Source: Azolla caroliniana
Taxonomy: Eukaryota; Plantae; Polypodiophyta
Length of the DNA: 64,000 nt
Direction: 5' to 3'
Assembly (NCBI GenBank): GCA_043228905.1
Contig: JBHGNT010000025.1
Coordinates: 434,001 to 498,000, forward strand
This document shows, piece by piece, positions 12,101-24,759 of this stretch. Position numbers and translations under genes: made by a program. The notes beneath the pieces were generated by a model. That model was given only the letters and a program-made list of their open reading frames with translations, had not been told where the DNA came from and ran no database searches. Positions within the stretch are counted from its first letter, which is position 1, and every line of letters begins with the position of its first letter.

Positions 12101-15100
12101 TTCGAAATTGAGGTCGAGAGACATGAAGAAATTAGCAATCTTGAGGAGGGAGTTGAGAGGAGCCCTTGAGTACATTAAAATGTTCATACCTGGCTCGTGT
12201 GATATCGGATTTTTGTGTTCAAACATGCGAATCGAAGCTAACAACGCTAGCTATTATATGGAACTAAAAAATCAAGATTTTGAAACTCAGGTCCAGAAAT
12301 ATGAAGAAATTAGCAATCTTGAGGAGGGAGTTGAGAGGAGCCCTTGAGTACATTAAAATGTTCATACCTGGCTCGTGTGATATCGGATTTTTGTGTTCAA
12401 ACATGTGAATCGAAGCTAACAACGCTAGCTATTCTATGGAACTAAAAAATCAAGATTTTGAAACTCAGGTCGAGAGATATGAAGAAATTAGCAATCTTGA
12501 GGAGGGAGTTGAGAGGAGCCCTTGAGTACATTAAAATGTTCATACCTGGCGCGTGTGATATCGGATTTTTGTGTTCAAACATGCGAATCGAAGCTAACAA
12601 CGCTAGCTATTATATGGAACTAAAAAATCAAGATTTTGAAACTCAGGTCGAGAGATATGAAGAAATTAGCAATCTTGAGGAGGGAGTTGAGAGGAGCCCT
12701 TGCGTAAATTAAAATGTTCATACCTGGCTCGTGTGATATCGGATTTTTGTGTTCAAACATGCGAATCGAAGCTAACAATGCTAGCTATGACATGGTATTA
12801 AAAAATCAAGATTTTGAAACTCAAGTCGAGAGATATGAAGAAATTAGCAATCTTGAGGAGGGAGTTGAGAGGAGCCCTTGAGTACATTAAAATGTTCATA
12901 CCTGGCGCGTGTGATATCGGATTTTTGTGTTCAAACATGCGAATCGAAGCTAACAACGCTAGCTATTATATGGAACTAAAAAATCAAGATTTTGAAACTC
13001 AGGTCCAGAAATATGAAGAAATTAGCAATCTTGAGGAGGGAGTTGAGAGGAGCCCTTGAGTACATTTAAATGTTCATACCTGGCTCGTGTGATATCGGAT
13101 TTTTGTGTTCAAACATGCGAATCGAAGCTAACAATGCTAGCTATGACATGGTATTAAAAAATCAAGATTTTGAAACTCAAGTCGAGAGATATGAAGAAAT
13201 TAGCAATCTTGAGGAGGGAGTTGAGAGGAGCCCTTGAGTAAATTAAAATGTTCATACCTGGCTCGTGTGATATCGGATTTTTGTGTTCAACCATGCGAAT
13301 CAAAGCTAACAACGCTACCTATGATATGGAACTAAAAAATCATGATTTTGAAACTCAGGTCAAGAGATATGAAGAAATTAGCAATGTTGAGGAGGGAGTT
13401 GAGAGGAGCCCTTGAGTACATTAAAATGTTCATACCTGGCGCGTGTGATATCTGATTTTTGTGTTCAAACATGCGAATCGAAGCTAACAACGCTAGCTAT
13501 GATATGGAACTAAAAAATCAAGATTTTGAAAGTCAGGTCGAGAGATATGAAGAAATTAGCAATCTTGAGGAGGGAGTTGAGAGGAGCCCTTGAGTACATT
13601 AAAATGTTCATACCTGGCTCGTGTGATATCGGATTTTTGTGTTCAAACATGCGAATCGAAGCTAACATTGCTAGCTATGACATGGTATTAAAAAATCAAG
13701 ATTTTGAAACTCAAGTCGAGAGATATGAAGAAATTAGGAATCTTGAGGAGGGAGTTGAGAGGAGCCCTTGCGTAAATTAAAATGTTCATACCTGGCTCGT
13801 GTGATATCGGATTTTTGTGTTCAACCATGCGAATCAAAGCTAACAACGCTACCTATGATATGGAACTAAAAAATCATGATTTTGAAACTCAGGTCAAGAG
13901 ATATGAAGAAATTAGCAATGTTGAGGAGGGAGTTGAGAGGAGCCCTTGAGTACATTAAAATGTTCATACCTGGCGCGTGTGATATCGGATTTTTGTGTTC
14001 AAACATGCGAATCGAAGCTAACAACGCTAGCTATTATATGGAACTAAAAAATCAAGATTTTGAAAGTCAGGTCGAGAGATATGAAGAAATTAGCAATCTT
14101 GAGGAGGGAGTTGAGAGGAGCCCTTGCGTAAATTAAAATGTTCATACCTGGCTCGTGTGATATCGGATTTTTGTGTTCAAACATGCGAATCGAAGCTAAC
14201 AATGCTAGCTATGACATGGTATTAAAAAATCAAGATTTTGAAACTCAAGTCGAGAGATATGAAGAAATTAGCAATCTTGAGGAGGGAGTTGAGAGGAGCC
14301 CTTGAGTACATTAAAATGTTCATACCTGGCGCGTGTGATATCGGATTTTTGTGTTCAAACATGCGAATCGAAGCTAACAACGCTAGCTATTATATGGAAC
14401 TAAAAAATCAAGATTTTGAAACTCAGGTCCAGAAATATGAAGAAATTAGCAATCTTGAGGAGGGAGTTGAGAGGAGCCCTTGAGTACATTTAAATGTTCA
14501 TACCTGGCTCGTGTGATATCGGATTTTTGTGTTCAAACATGCGAATCGAAGCTAACAATGCTAGCTATGACATGGTATTAAAAAATCAAGATTTTGAAAC
14601 TCAAGTCGAGAGATATGAAGAAATTAGCAATCTTGAGGAGGGAGTTGAGAGGAGCCCTTGAGTAAATTAAAATGTTCATACCTGGCTCGTGTGATATCGG
14701 ATTTTTGTGTTCAACCATGCGAATCGAAGCTAACAACGCTAGCTATTATATGGAACTAAAAAATCAAGATTTTGAAACTCAGGTCGAGAGATATGAAGAA
14801 ATTAGCAATCTTGAGGAGGGAGTTGAGAGGAGCCCTTGCGTAAATTAAAATGTTCATACCTGGCTCGTGTGATATCGGATTTTTGTGTTCAAACATGCGA
14901 ATCGAAGCTAACAATGCTAGCTATGACATGGTATTAAAAAATCAAGATTTTGAAACTCAAGTCGAGAGATATGAAGAAATTAGCAATCTTGAGGAGGGAG
15001 TTGAGAGGAGCCCTTGAGTACATTAAAATGTTCATACCTGGCGCGTGTGATATCGGATTTTTGTGTTCAAACATGCGAATCGAAGCTACCAACGCTAGCT

Positions 15101-18100
15101 ATTATATGGAACTAAAAAATCAAGATTTTGAAACTCAGGTCCAGAAATATGAAGAAATTAGCAATCTTGAGGAGGGAGTTGAGAGGAGCCCTTGAGTACA
15201 TTTAAATGTTCATACCTGGCTCGTGTGATATCGGATTTTTGTGTTCAAACATGCGAATCGAAGCTAACAATGCTAGCTATGACATGGTATTAAAAAATCA
15301 AGATTTTGAAACTCAAGTCGAGAGATATGAAGAAATTAGCAATCTTGAGGAGGGAGTTGAGAGGAGCCCTTGAGTAAATTAAAATGTTCATACCTGGCTC
15401 GTGTGATATCGGATTTTTGTGTTCAACCATGCGAATCAAAGCTAACAACGCTACCTATGATATGGAACTAAAAAATCATGATTTTGAAACTCAGGTCAAG
15501 AGATATGAAGAAATTAGCAATGTTGAGGAGGGAGTTGAGAGGAGCCCTTGAGTACATTAAAATGTTCATACCTGGCGCGTGTGATATCTGATTTTTGTGT
15601 TCAAACATGCGAATCGAAGCTAACAACGCTAGCTATGATATGGAACTAAAAAATCAAGATTTTGAAAGTCAGGTCGAGAGATATGAAGAAATTAGCAATC
15701 TTGAGGAGGGAGTTGAGAGGAGCCCTTGAGTACATTAAAATGTTCATACCTGGCTCGTGTGATATCGGATTTTTGTGTTCAAACATGCGAATCGAAGCTA
15801 ACATTGCTAGCTATGACATGGTATTAAAAAATCAAGATTTTGAAACTCAAGTCGAGAGATATGAAGAAATTAGGAATCTTGAGGAGGGAGTTGAGAGGAG
15901 CCCTTGCGTAAATTAAAATGTTCATACCTGGCTCGTGTGATATCGGATTTTTGTGTTCAAACATGCGAATCGAAGCTAACAATGCTAGCTATGAAATGGT
16001 ATTAAAAAATCAAGATTTTGAAACTCAGGTCGAGAGATATGAAGAAATTAGCAATCTTGAGGAGGGAGTTGAGAGGAGCCCTTGAGTAAATTAAAATGTT
16101 CATACCTGGCTCGTGTGATATCGGATTTTTGTGTTCAAACATGCGAATCGAAGCTAACAACGCTAGCTATGATATGGTATTAAAAAATCATGATTTTGAA
16201 ACTCAGGTCGAGAGACATGACGAAATTACCAAATTGGAGGAGGGAGTTGAGAGGAGCCCTTGAGTATATTAAAATGTTCATACCTGGCGCGTGTGATATC
16301 GGATTTTTGTGTTCAAACATGTGAATCGAAGCTAACAACGCTAGCTATGATATGGTATTAAAAAATCATGATTTTGAAACTCAGGTCGAGAGACATGACG
16401 AAATTAGCAATCTTGAGGAGGGAGTTGAGAGGAGCCCTTGAGTAAATTAAAATGTTCATACCTGGCTCGTGTGATATCGGTTTTTTGTGTTCAAACATGC
16501 GAATCGAAGCTAAAAACGCTAGCTATGATATGGTATTCAAAAATCATGATTTCGAAATTGAGGTCGAGAGACATGAAGAAATTAGCAATCTTGAGGAGGG
16601 AGTTGAGAGGAGCCCTTGAGCACATTAAAATGTTCATACCTGGCTCGTGTGATATCGGATTTTTGTGTTCAAACATGCGAATTGAAGCTAACAACGCTAG
16701 CTATTGTATGGAACTAAAAAATCAAGATTTTGAAACTCAGGTCGAGAAATATGAAGAAATTAGCAATCTTGAGGAGGGAGTTGAGAGGAGCCCTTGAGTA
16801 CATTAAAATGTTCATACCTGGCTCGTGTGATATCGGATTTTTGTGTTCAAACATGTGAATCGAAGCTAACAACGCTAGCTATTCTATGGAACTAAAAAAT
16901 CAAGATTTTGAAACTCAGGTCGAGAGATATGAAGAAATTAGCAATCTTGAGGAGGGAGTTGAGAGGAGCCCTTGAGTACATTAAAATGTTCATACCTGGC
17001 GCGTGTGATATCGGATTTTTGTGTTCAAACATGCGAATCGAAGCTAACAATGCTAGCTATGACATGGTATTAAAAAATCATGATTTTGAAACTCAGGTCG
17101 AGAGATATGAAGAAATTAGCAATCTTGAGGAGGGAGTTGAGAGGAGCCATTGAGTAAATTAAAATGTTCATACATGGCTCGTGTGATATCGGATTTTTGT
17201 GTTCAAACATGTGAATCGAAGTTAACAACGCTAGCTATTCTATGGAACTAAAAAATCAAGATTTTGAAACTCAGGTCGAGAGATATGAAGAAATTAGCAA
17301 TCTCGAGGAGGGAGTTGAGAGGAGCCCTTGAGTACATTAAAATGTTCATACCTGGCGCGTGTGATATCGGATTTTTGTGTTCAAACATGCGAATCGAAGC
17401 TAACAATGCTAGCTATGACATGGTATTAAAAAATCAAGATTTTGAAACTCAGGTCGAGAGATATGAAGAAATTAGCAATCTTGAGGAGGGAGTTGAGAGG
17501 AGCCCTTGAGTAAATTAAAATGTTCATACCTGGCTCGTGTGATATCGGATTTTTGTGTTCAACCATGCGAATCAAAGCTAACAACGCTACCTATGATATG
17601 GAACTAAAAAATCATGATTTTGAAACTCAGGTCAAGAGATATGAAGAAATTAGCAATGTTGAGGAGGGAGTTGAGAGGAGCCCTTGAGTACATTAAAATG
17701 TTCATACCTGGCGCGTGTGATATCTGATTTTTGTGTTCAAACATGCGAATCGAAGCTAACAACGCTAGCTATTATATGGAACTAAAAAGTCAAGATTTTG
17801 AAACTAAGGTCGAGAGATATGAAGAAATTAGCAATCTTGAGGAGGGAGTTGAGAGGAGCCCTTGAGTACATTAAAATGTTCATACCTGGCGCGTGTGATA
17901 TCGGATGTTTGTGTTCAAACATGCGAATCGAAGCTAACAACGCAAGCTATGACATGGTATTAAAAAATCAAGATTTTGAAAATCAAGTCGAGAGACATAA
18001 CGAAATTACCTAATTTGAGGAGTGAGTTGAGAAGACCTAGTAGGTAAATTAAAATGTTCATACCTGGCTCGTGTGATATCGGATTTTTGTGTTCAAACAT

Positions 18101-20174
18101 GCGAATCGAAGCTAACAACGCTAGTTATTCTATGGAACTAAAAAATCAAATTTTGAAACTCAGGTCGAGAAATATGAAGAAATTAGCAATCTTGAGGAGG
18201 GAGTTGAGAGGAGCCCTTGAGTACATTAAAATGTTCATACCTGGCTCGTGTGATATCGGATTTTTGTGTTCAAACATGTGAATCGAAGCTAACAACGCTA
18301 GCTATTCTATGGAACTAAAAAATCAAGATTTTGAAACTCAGGTCGAGAGATATGAAGAAATTAGCAATCTTGAGGAGGGAGTTGAGAGGAGCCCTTGAGT
18401 ACATTAAAATGTTCATACCTGGCGCGTGTGATATCGGATTTTTGTGTTCAAACATGCGAATCGAAGCTAACAACGCTAGCTATTATATGGAACTAAAAAA
18501 TCAAGATTTTGAAACTCAGGTCGAGAAATATGAAGAAATTAGCAATCTTGAGGAGGGAGTTGAGAGGAGCCCTTGAGTACATTAAAATGTTCATACCTGG
18601 CTCGTGTGATATCGGATTTTTGTGTTCAAACATGTGAATCGAAGCTAACAACGCTAGCCATTCTATGGAACTAAAAAATCAAGATTTTGAAACTCAGGTC
18701 GAGAGATATGAAGAAATTAGCAATCTTGAGGAGGGAGTTGAGAGGAGCCCTTGAGTACATTAAAATGTTCATACCTGGCTCGTGTGATATCGGATTTTTG
18801 TGTTCAAACATGTGAATCGAAGCTAACAACGCTAGCCATTCTATGGAACTAAAAAATCAAGATTTTGAAACTCAGGTCGAGAGATATGAAGAAATTAGCA
18901 ATCTTGAGGAGGGAGTTGAGAGGAGCCCTTGAGTACATTAAAATGTTCATACCTGGCGCGTGTGATATCGGATTTTTGTGTTCAAACATGCGAATCGAAG
19001 CTAACAACGCTAGCTATTATATGGAACTAAAAAATCAAGATTTTGAAACTCAGGTCCAGAAATATGAAGAAATTAGCAATCTTGAGGAGGGAGTTGAGAG
19101 GAGCCCTTGAGTACATTAAAATGTTCATACCTGGCTCGTGTGATATCGGATTTTTGTGTTCAAACATGCGAATCGAAGCTAACAATGCTAGCTATGACAT
19201 GGTATTAAAAAATCAAGATTTTGAAACTCAAGTCGAGAGACATGACGAAATTACCTAATTTGAGGAGGGAGTTGAGACGACCTAGTAGGTAAATTAAAAT
19301 GTTCATACCTGGCTCGTGTGATATCGGATTTTTGTGTTCAAACATGCGAATCAAAGCTAACAACGCTAGCTATGATATGGAACTAAAAAATCAAGATTTT
19401 GAAACTCAGGTCGAGAGATATGAAGAAATTAGCAATCTTGAGGAGGGAGTTGAGAGGAGCCCTTGAGTACATTAAAATGTTCATACCTGGCTCGTGTGAT
19501 ATTGTATTTTTGTGTTCAAACATGTGAATCGAAGCTAACAACGCTAGCTATTCTATGGAACTAAAAAATCAAGATTTTGAAACTCAGGTCGAGAGATATG
19601 AAGAAATTAGCAATCTTGAGGAGGGAGTTGAGAGGAGCCCTTGAGTACATTAAAATGTTCATACCTGGCGCGTGTGATATCTGATTTTTGTGTTCAAACA
19701 TGCGAATCGAAGCTAACAACGCTAGCTATTATATGGAACTAAAAAGTCAAGATTTTGAAACTCAGGTCGAGAGATATGAAGAAATTAGCAATCTTGAGGA
19801 GGGAGTTGAGAGGAGCCCTTGAGTAAATTAAAATGTTCATACCTGGCTCGTGTGATATCGGATTTTTGTGTTCAAACATGCGAATCGAAGCTAACAACGC
19901 TAGCTATGATATGGTATTAAAAAATCATGATTTTGAAACTCAGGTCGAGAGACATGACGAAATTACCAAATTGGAGGAGAGAGTTGAGAGGAGCCCTTGA
20001 GTATATTAAAATGTTCATACCTGGCGCGTGTGATATCGGATTTTTGTGTTCAAACATGTGAATCGAAGCTAACAACGCTAGCTATGATATGGTATTAAAA
20101 AATCATGATTTTGAAACTCAGGTCGAGAGACATGACGAAATTAGCAATCTTGAGGAGGGAGTTGAGAGGAGCCC

Positions 20175-23100
20175 TTGAGTAAATTAAAATGTTCATACCT
20201 GGCTCGTGTGATATCGGTTTTTTGTGTTCAAACATGCGAATCGAAGCTAAAAACGCTAGCTATGATATGGTATTCAAAAATCATGATTTCGAAATTGAGG
20301 TCGAGAGACATGAAGAAATTAGCAATCTTGAGGAGGGAGTTGAGAGGAGCCCTTGAGTACATTAAAATGTTCATACCTGGCTCGTGTGATATCGGATTTT
20401 TGTGTTCAAACATGCGAATTGAAGCTAACAACGCTAGCTATTGTATGGAACTAAAAAATCAAGATTTTGAAACTCAGGTCGAGAAATATGAAGAAATTAG
20501 CAATCTTGAGGAGGGAGTTGAGAGGAGCCCTTGAGTACATTAAAATGTTCATACCTGGCTCGTGTGATATCGGATTTTTGTGTTCAAACATGTGAATCGA
20601 AGCTAACAACGCTAGCTATTCTATGGAACTAAAAAATCAAGATTTTGAAACTCAGGTCGACAGATATGAAGAAATTAGCAATCTTGAGGAGGGAGTTGAG
20701 AGGAGCCCTTGAGTACATTAAAATGTTCATACCTGGCGCGTGTGATATCGGATTTTTGTGTTCAAACATGCGAATCGAAGCTAACAATGCTAGCTATGAC
20801 ATGGTATTAAAAAATCATGATTTTGAAACTCAGGTCGAGAGATATGAAGAAATTAGCAATCTTGAGGAGGGAGTTGAGAGGAGCCATTGAGTAAATTAAA
20901 ATGTTCATACATGGCTCGTGTGATATCGGATTTTTGTGTTCAAACATGTGAATCGAAGTTAACAACGCTAGCTATTCTATGGAACTAAAAAATCAAGATT
21001 TTGAAACTCAGGTCGAGAGATATGAAGAAATTAGCAATCTCGAGGAGGGAGTTGAGAGGAGCCCTTGAGTACATTAAAATGTTCATACCTGGCGCGTGTG
21101 ATATCGGATTTTTGTGTTCAAACATGCGAATCGAAGCTAACAATGCTAGCTATGACATGGTATTAAAAAATCAAGATTTTGAAACTCAGGTCGAGAGATA
21201 TGAAGAAATTAGCAATCTTGAGGAGGGAGTTGAGAGGAGCCCTTGAGTAAATTAAAATGTTCATACCTGGCTCGTGTGATATCGGATTTTTGTGTTCAAC
21301 CATGCGAATCAAAGCTAACAACGCTACCTATGATATGGAGCTAAAAAATCATGATTTTGAAACTCAGGTCAAGAGATATGAAGAAATTAGCAATGTTGAG
21401 GAGGGAGTTGAGAGGAGCCCTTGAGTACATTAAAATGTTCATACCTGGCGCGTGTGATATCTGATTTTTGTGTTCAAACATGCGAATCGAAGCTAACAAC
21501 GCTAGCTATTATATGGAACTAAAAAGTCAAGATTTTGAAACTAAGGTCGAGAGATATGAAGAAATTAGCAATCTTGAGGAGGGAGTTGAGAGGAGCCCTT
21601 GAGTACATTAAAATGTTCATACCTGGCGCGTGTGATATCGGATGTTTGTGTTCCAACATGCGAATCGAAGCTAACAACGCTAGCTATGACATGGTATTAA
21701 AAAATCAAGATTTTGAAACTCAGGTCGAGAGACATGAAGAAATTAGCAATCTTGAGGAGGGAGTTGAGAGGAGCCCTTGAGTACATTAAAATGTTCATAC
21801 CTGGCTCGTGTGATATCGGATTTTTGTGTTCAAACATGCGAATCGAAGCTAACAATGCTAGCTATGACATGGTATTAAAAAATCAAGATTTTGAAACTCA
21901 AGTCGAGAGATATGAAGAAATTAGCAATCTTGAGGAGGGAGTTGAGAGGAGCCCTTGAGTAAATTAAAATGTTCATACCTGGCTCGTGTGATATCGGATT
22001 TTTGTGTTCAACCATGCGAATCAAAGCTAACAACGCTACCTATGATATGGAACTAAAAAATCATGATTTTGAAACTCAGGTCAAGAGATATGAAGAAATT
22101 AGCAATGTTGAGGAGGGAGTTGAGAGGAGCCCTTGCGTAAATTAAAATGTTCATACCTGGCTCGTGTGATATCGGATTTTTGTGTTCAAACATGCGAATC
22201 GAAGCTAACAATGCTAGCTATGAAATGGTATTAAAAAATCAAGATTTTGAAACTCAGGTCGAGAGATATGAAGAAATTAGCAATCTTGAGGAGGGAGTTG
22301 AGAGGAGCCCTTGAGTAAATTAAAATGTTCATACCTGGCTCGTGTGATATCGGATTTTTGTGTTCAAACATGCGAATCGAAGCTAACAACGCTAGCTATG
22401 ACATGGTATTAAAAAATCAAGATTTTGACACTCAGGTCGAGAGACATGACGAAATTAGCAATCTTGAGGAGGGAGTTGAGAGGAGCCCTTGAGTAAATTA
22501 AAATGTTCATACCTGGCTCGTGTGATATCGGTTTTTTGTGTTCAAACATGCGAATCGAAGCTAAAAACGCTAGCTATGATATGGTATTCAAAAATCATGA
22601 TTTCGAAATTGAGGTCGAGAGACATGAAGAAATTAGCAATCTTGAGGAGGGAGTTGAGAGGAGCCCTTGAGTACATTAAAATGTTCATACCTGGCTCGTG
22701 TGATATCGGATTTTTGTGTTCAAACATGCGAATCGAAGCTAACAACGCTAGCTATTGTATGGAACTAAAAAATCAAGATTTTGAAACTCAGGTCGAGAAA
22801 TATGAAGAAATTAGCAATCTTGAGGAGGGAGTTGAGAGGAGCCCTTGAGTACATTAAAATGTTCATACCTGGCTCGTGTGATATCGGATTTTTGTGTTCA
22901 AACATGTGAATCGAAGCTAACAACGCTAGCTATTCTATGGAACTAAAAAATCAAGATTTTGAAACTCAGGTCGAGAGATATGAAGAAATTAGCAATCTTG
23001 AGGAGGGAGTTGAGAGGAGCCCTTGAGTACATTAAAATGTTCATACCTGGCGCGTGTGATATCGGATTTTTGTGTTCAAACATGCGAATCGAAGCTAACA

Positions 23101-23560
23101 ATGCTAGCTATGACATGGTATTAAAAAATCATGATTTTGAAACTCAGGTCGAGAGATATGAAGAAATTAGCAATCTTGAGGAGGGAGTTGAGAGGAGCCA
23201 TTGAGTAAATTAAAATGTTCATACATGGCTCGTGTGATATCGGATTTTTGTGTTCAAACATGTGAATCGAAGTTAACAACGCTAGCTATTCTATGGAACT
23301 AAAAAATCAAGATTTTGAAACTCAGGTCGAGAGATATGAAGAAATTAGCAATCTCGAGGAGGGAGTTGAGAGGAGCCCTTGAGTACATTAAAATGTTCAT
23401 ACCTGGCGCGTGTGATATCGGATTTTTGTGTTCAAACATGCGAATCGAAGCTAACAATGCTAGCTATGACATGGTATTAAAAAATCAAGATTTTGAAACT
23501 CAGGTCGAGAGATATGAAGAAATTAGCAATCTTGAGGAGGGAGTTGAGAGGAGCCCTTGA
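20175..23560 (+). repeat. Block repeated at 13-monomer (2314 bp) offset
   Basis: ORF pairs 20175/22489, 20645/22959 and 21001/23315. Shared TATTGTATGG, GAGCCATTG, GAAGTTAAC and AATCTCGAG variants. Confidence 0.75.
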
Positions 23561-24094
23561 GTACATTAAAATGTTCATACCTGGCGCGTGTGATATCGGA
23601 TTTTTGTGTTCAAACATGCGAATCGAAGCTAACAATGCCAGCTATGACATGGTATTAAAAAATCATGATTTTGAAACTCAGGTCGAGAGATATGAAGAAA
23701 TTAGCAATCTTGAGGAGGGAGTTGAGAGGAGCCATTGAGTAAATTAAAATGTTCATACATGGCTCGTGTGATATCGGATTTTTGTGTTCAAACATGTGAA
23801 TCGAAGTTAACAACGCTAGCTATTCTATGGAACTAAAAAATCAAGATTTTGAAACTCAGGTCGAGAGATATGAAGAAATTAGCAATCTCGAGGAGGGAGT
23901 TGAGAGGAGCCCTTGAGTACATTAAAATGTTCATACCTGGCGCGTGTGATATCGGATTTTTGTGTTCAAACATGCGAATCGAAGCTAACAATGCTAGCTA
24001 TGACATGGTATTAAAAAATCAAGATTTTGAAACTCAGGTCGAGAGATATGAAGAAATTAGCAATCTTGAGGAGGGAGTTGAGAGGAGCCCTTGA
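22959..24094 (+). repeat. Tandem 3-monomer (534 bp) duplication
   Basis: ORF pairs 22959/23493 and 23315/23849, with the GAGCCATTG-CATACATGG-GTTAAC-CTCGAG variant set repeated. The same duplication recurs at ~43250-44385. Confidence 0.8.
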
Positions 24095-24759
24095 GTAAAT
24101 TAAAATGTTCATACCTGGCTCGTGTGATATCGGATTTTTGTGTTCAACCATGCGAATCAAAGCTAACAACGCTACCTATGATATGGAACTAAAAAATCAT
24201 GATTTTGAAACTCAGGTCAAGAGATATGAAGAAATTAGCAATGTTGAGGAGGGAGTTGAGAGGAGCCCTTGAGTACATTAAAATGTTCATACCTGGCGCG
24301 TGTGATATCTGATTTTTGTGTTCAAACATGCGAATCGAAGCTAACAACGCTAGCTATTATATGGAACTAAAAAGTCAAGATTTTGAAACTAAGGTCGAGA
24401 GATATGAAGAAATTAGCAATCTTGAGGAGGGAGTTGAGAGGAGCCCTTGAGTACATTAAAATGTTCATACCTGGCGCGTGTGATATCGGATGTTTGTGTT
24501 CAAACATGCGAATCGAAGCTAACAACGCAAGCTATGACATGGTATTAAAAAATCAAGATTTTGAAAATCAAGTCGAGAGACATAACGAAATTACCTAATT
24601 TGAGGAGTGAGTTGAGAAGACCTAGTAGGTAAATTAAAATGTTCATACCTGGCTCGTGTGATATCGGATTTTTGTGTTCAAACATGCGAATCGAAGCTAA
24701 CAACGCTAGTTATTCTATGGAACTAAAAAATCAAATTTTGAAACTCAGGTCGAGAAATA

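Larger units (their letters stand above)
1601..18576 (+). repeat. Two copies of a large super-unit (51 monomers, ~1601-10677; 44 monomers, ~10678-18508)
   Basis: Collinear ORF offsets are 9077 (1601/10678, 2663/11740, 3381/12458), then 7831 (4983/12814), 7119 (6407/13526, 6757/13876), and back to 7831 (8607/16438, 9967/17798, 10500/18331). Both copies carry the same 1-bp deletion (10318/18149). Confidence 0.85.
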
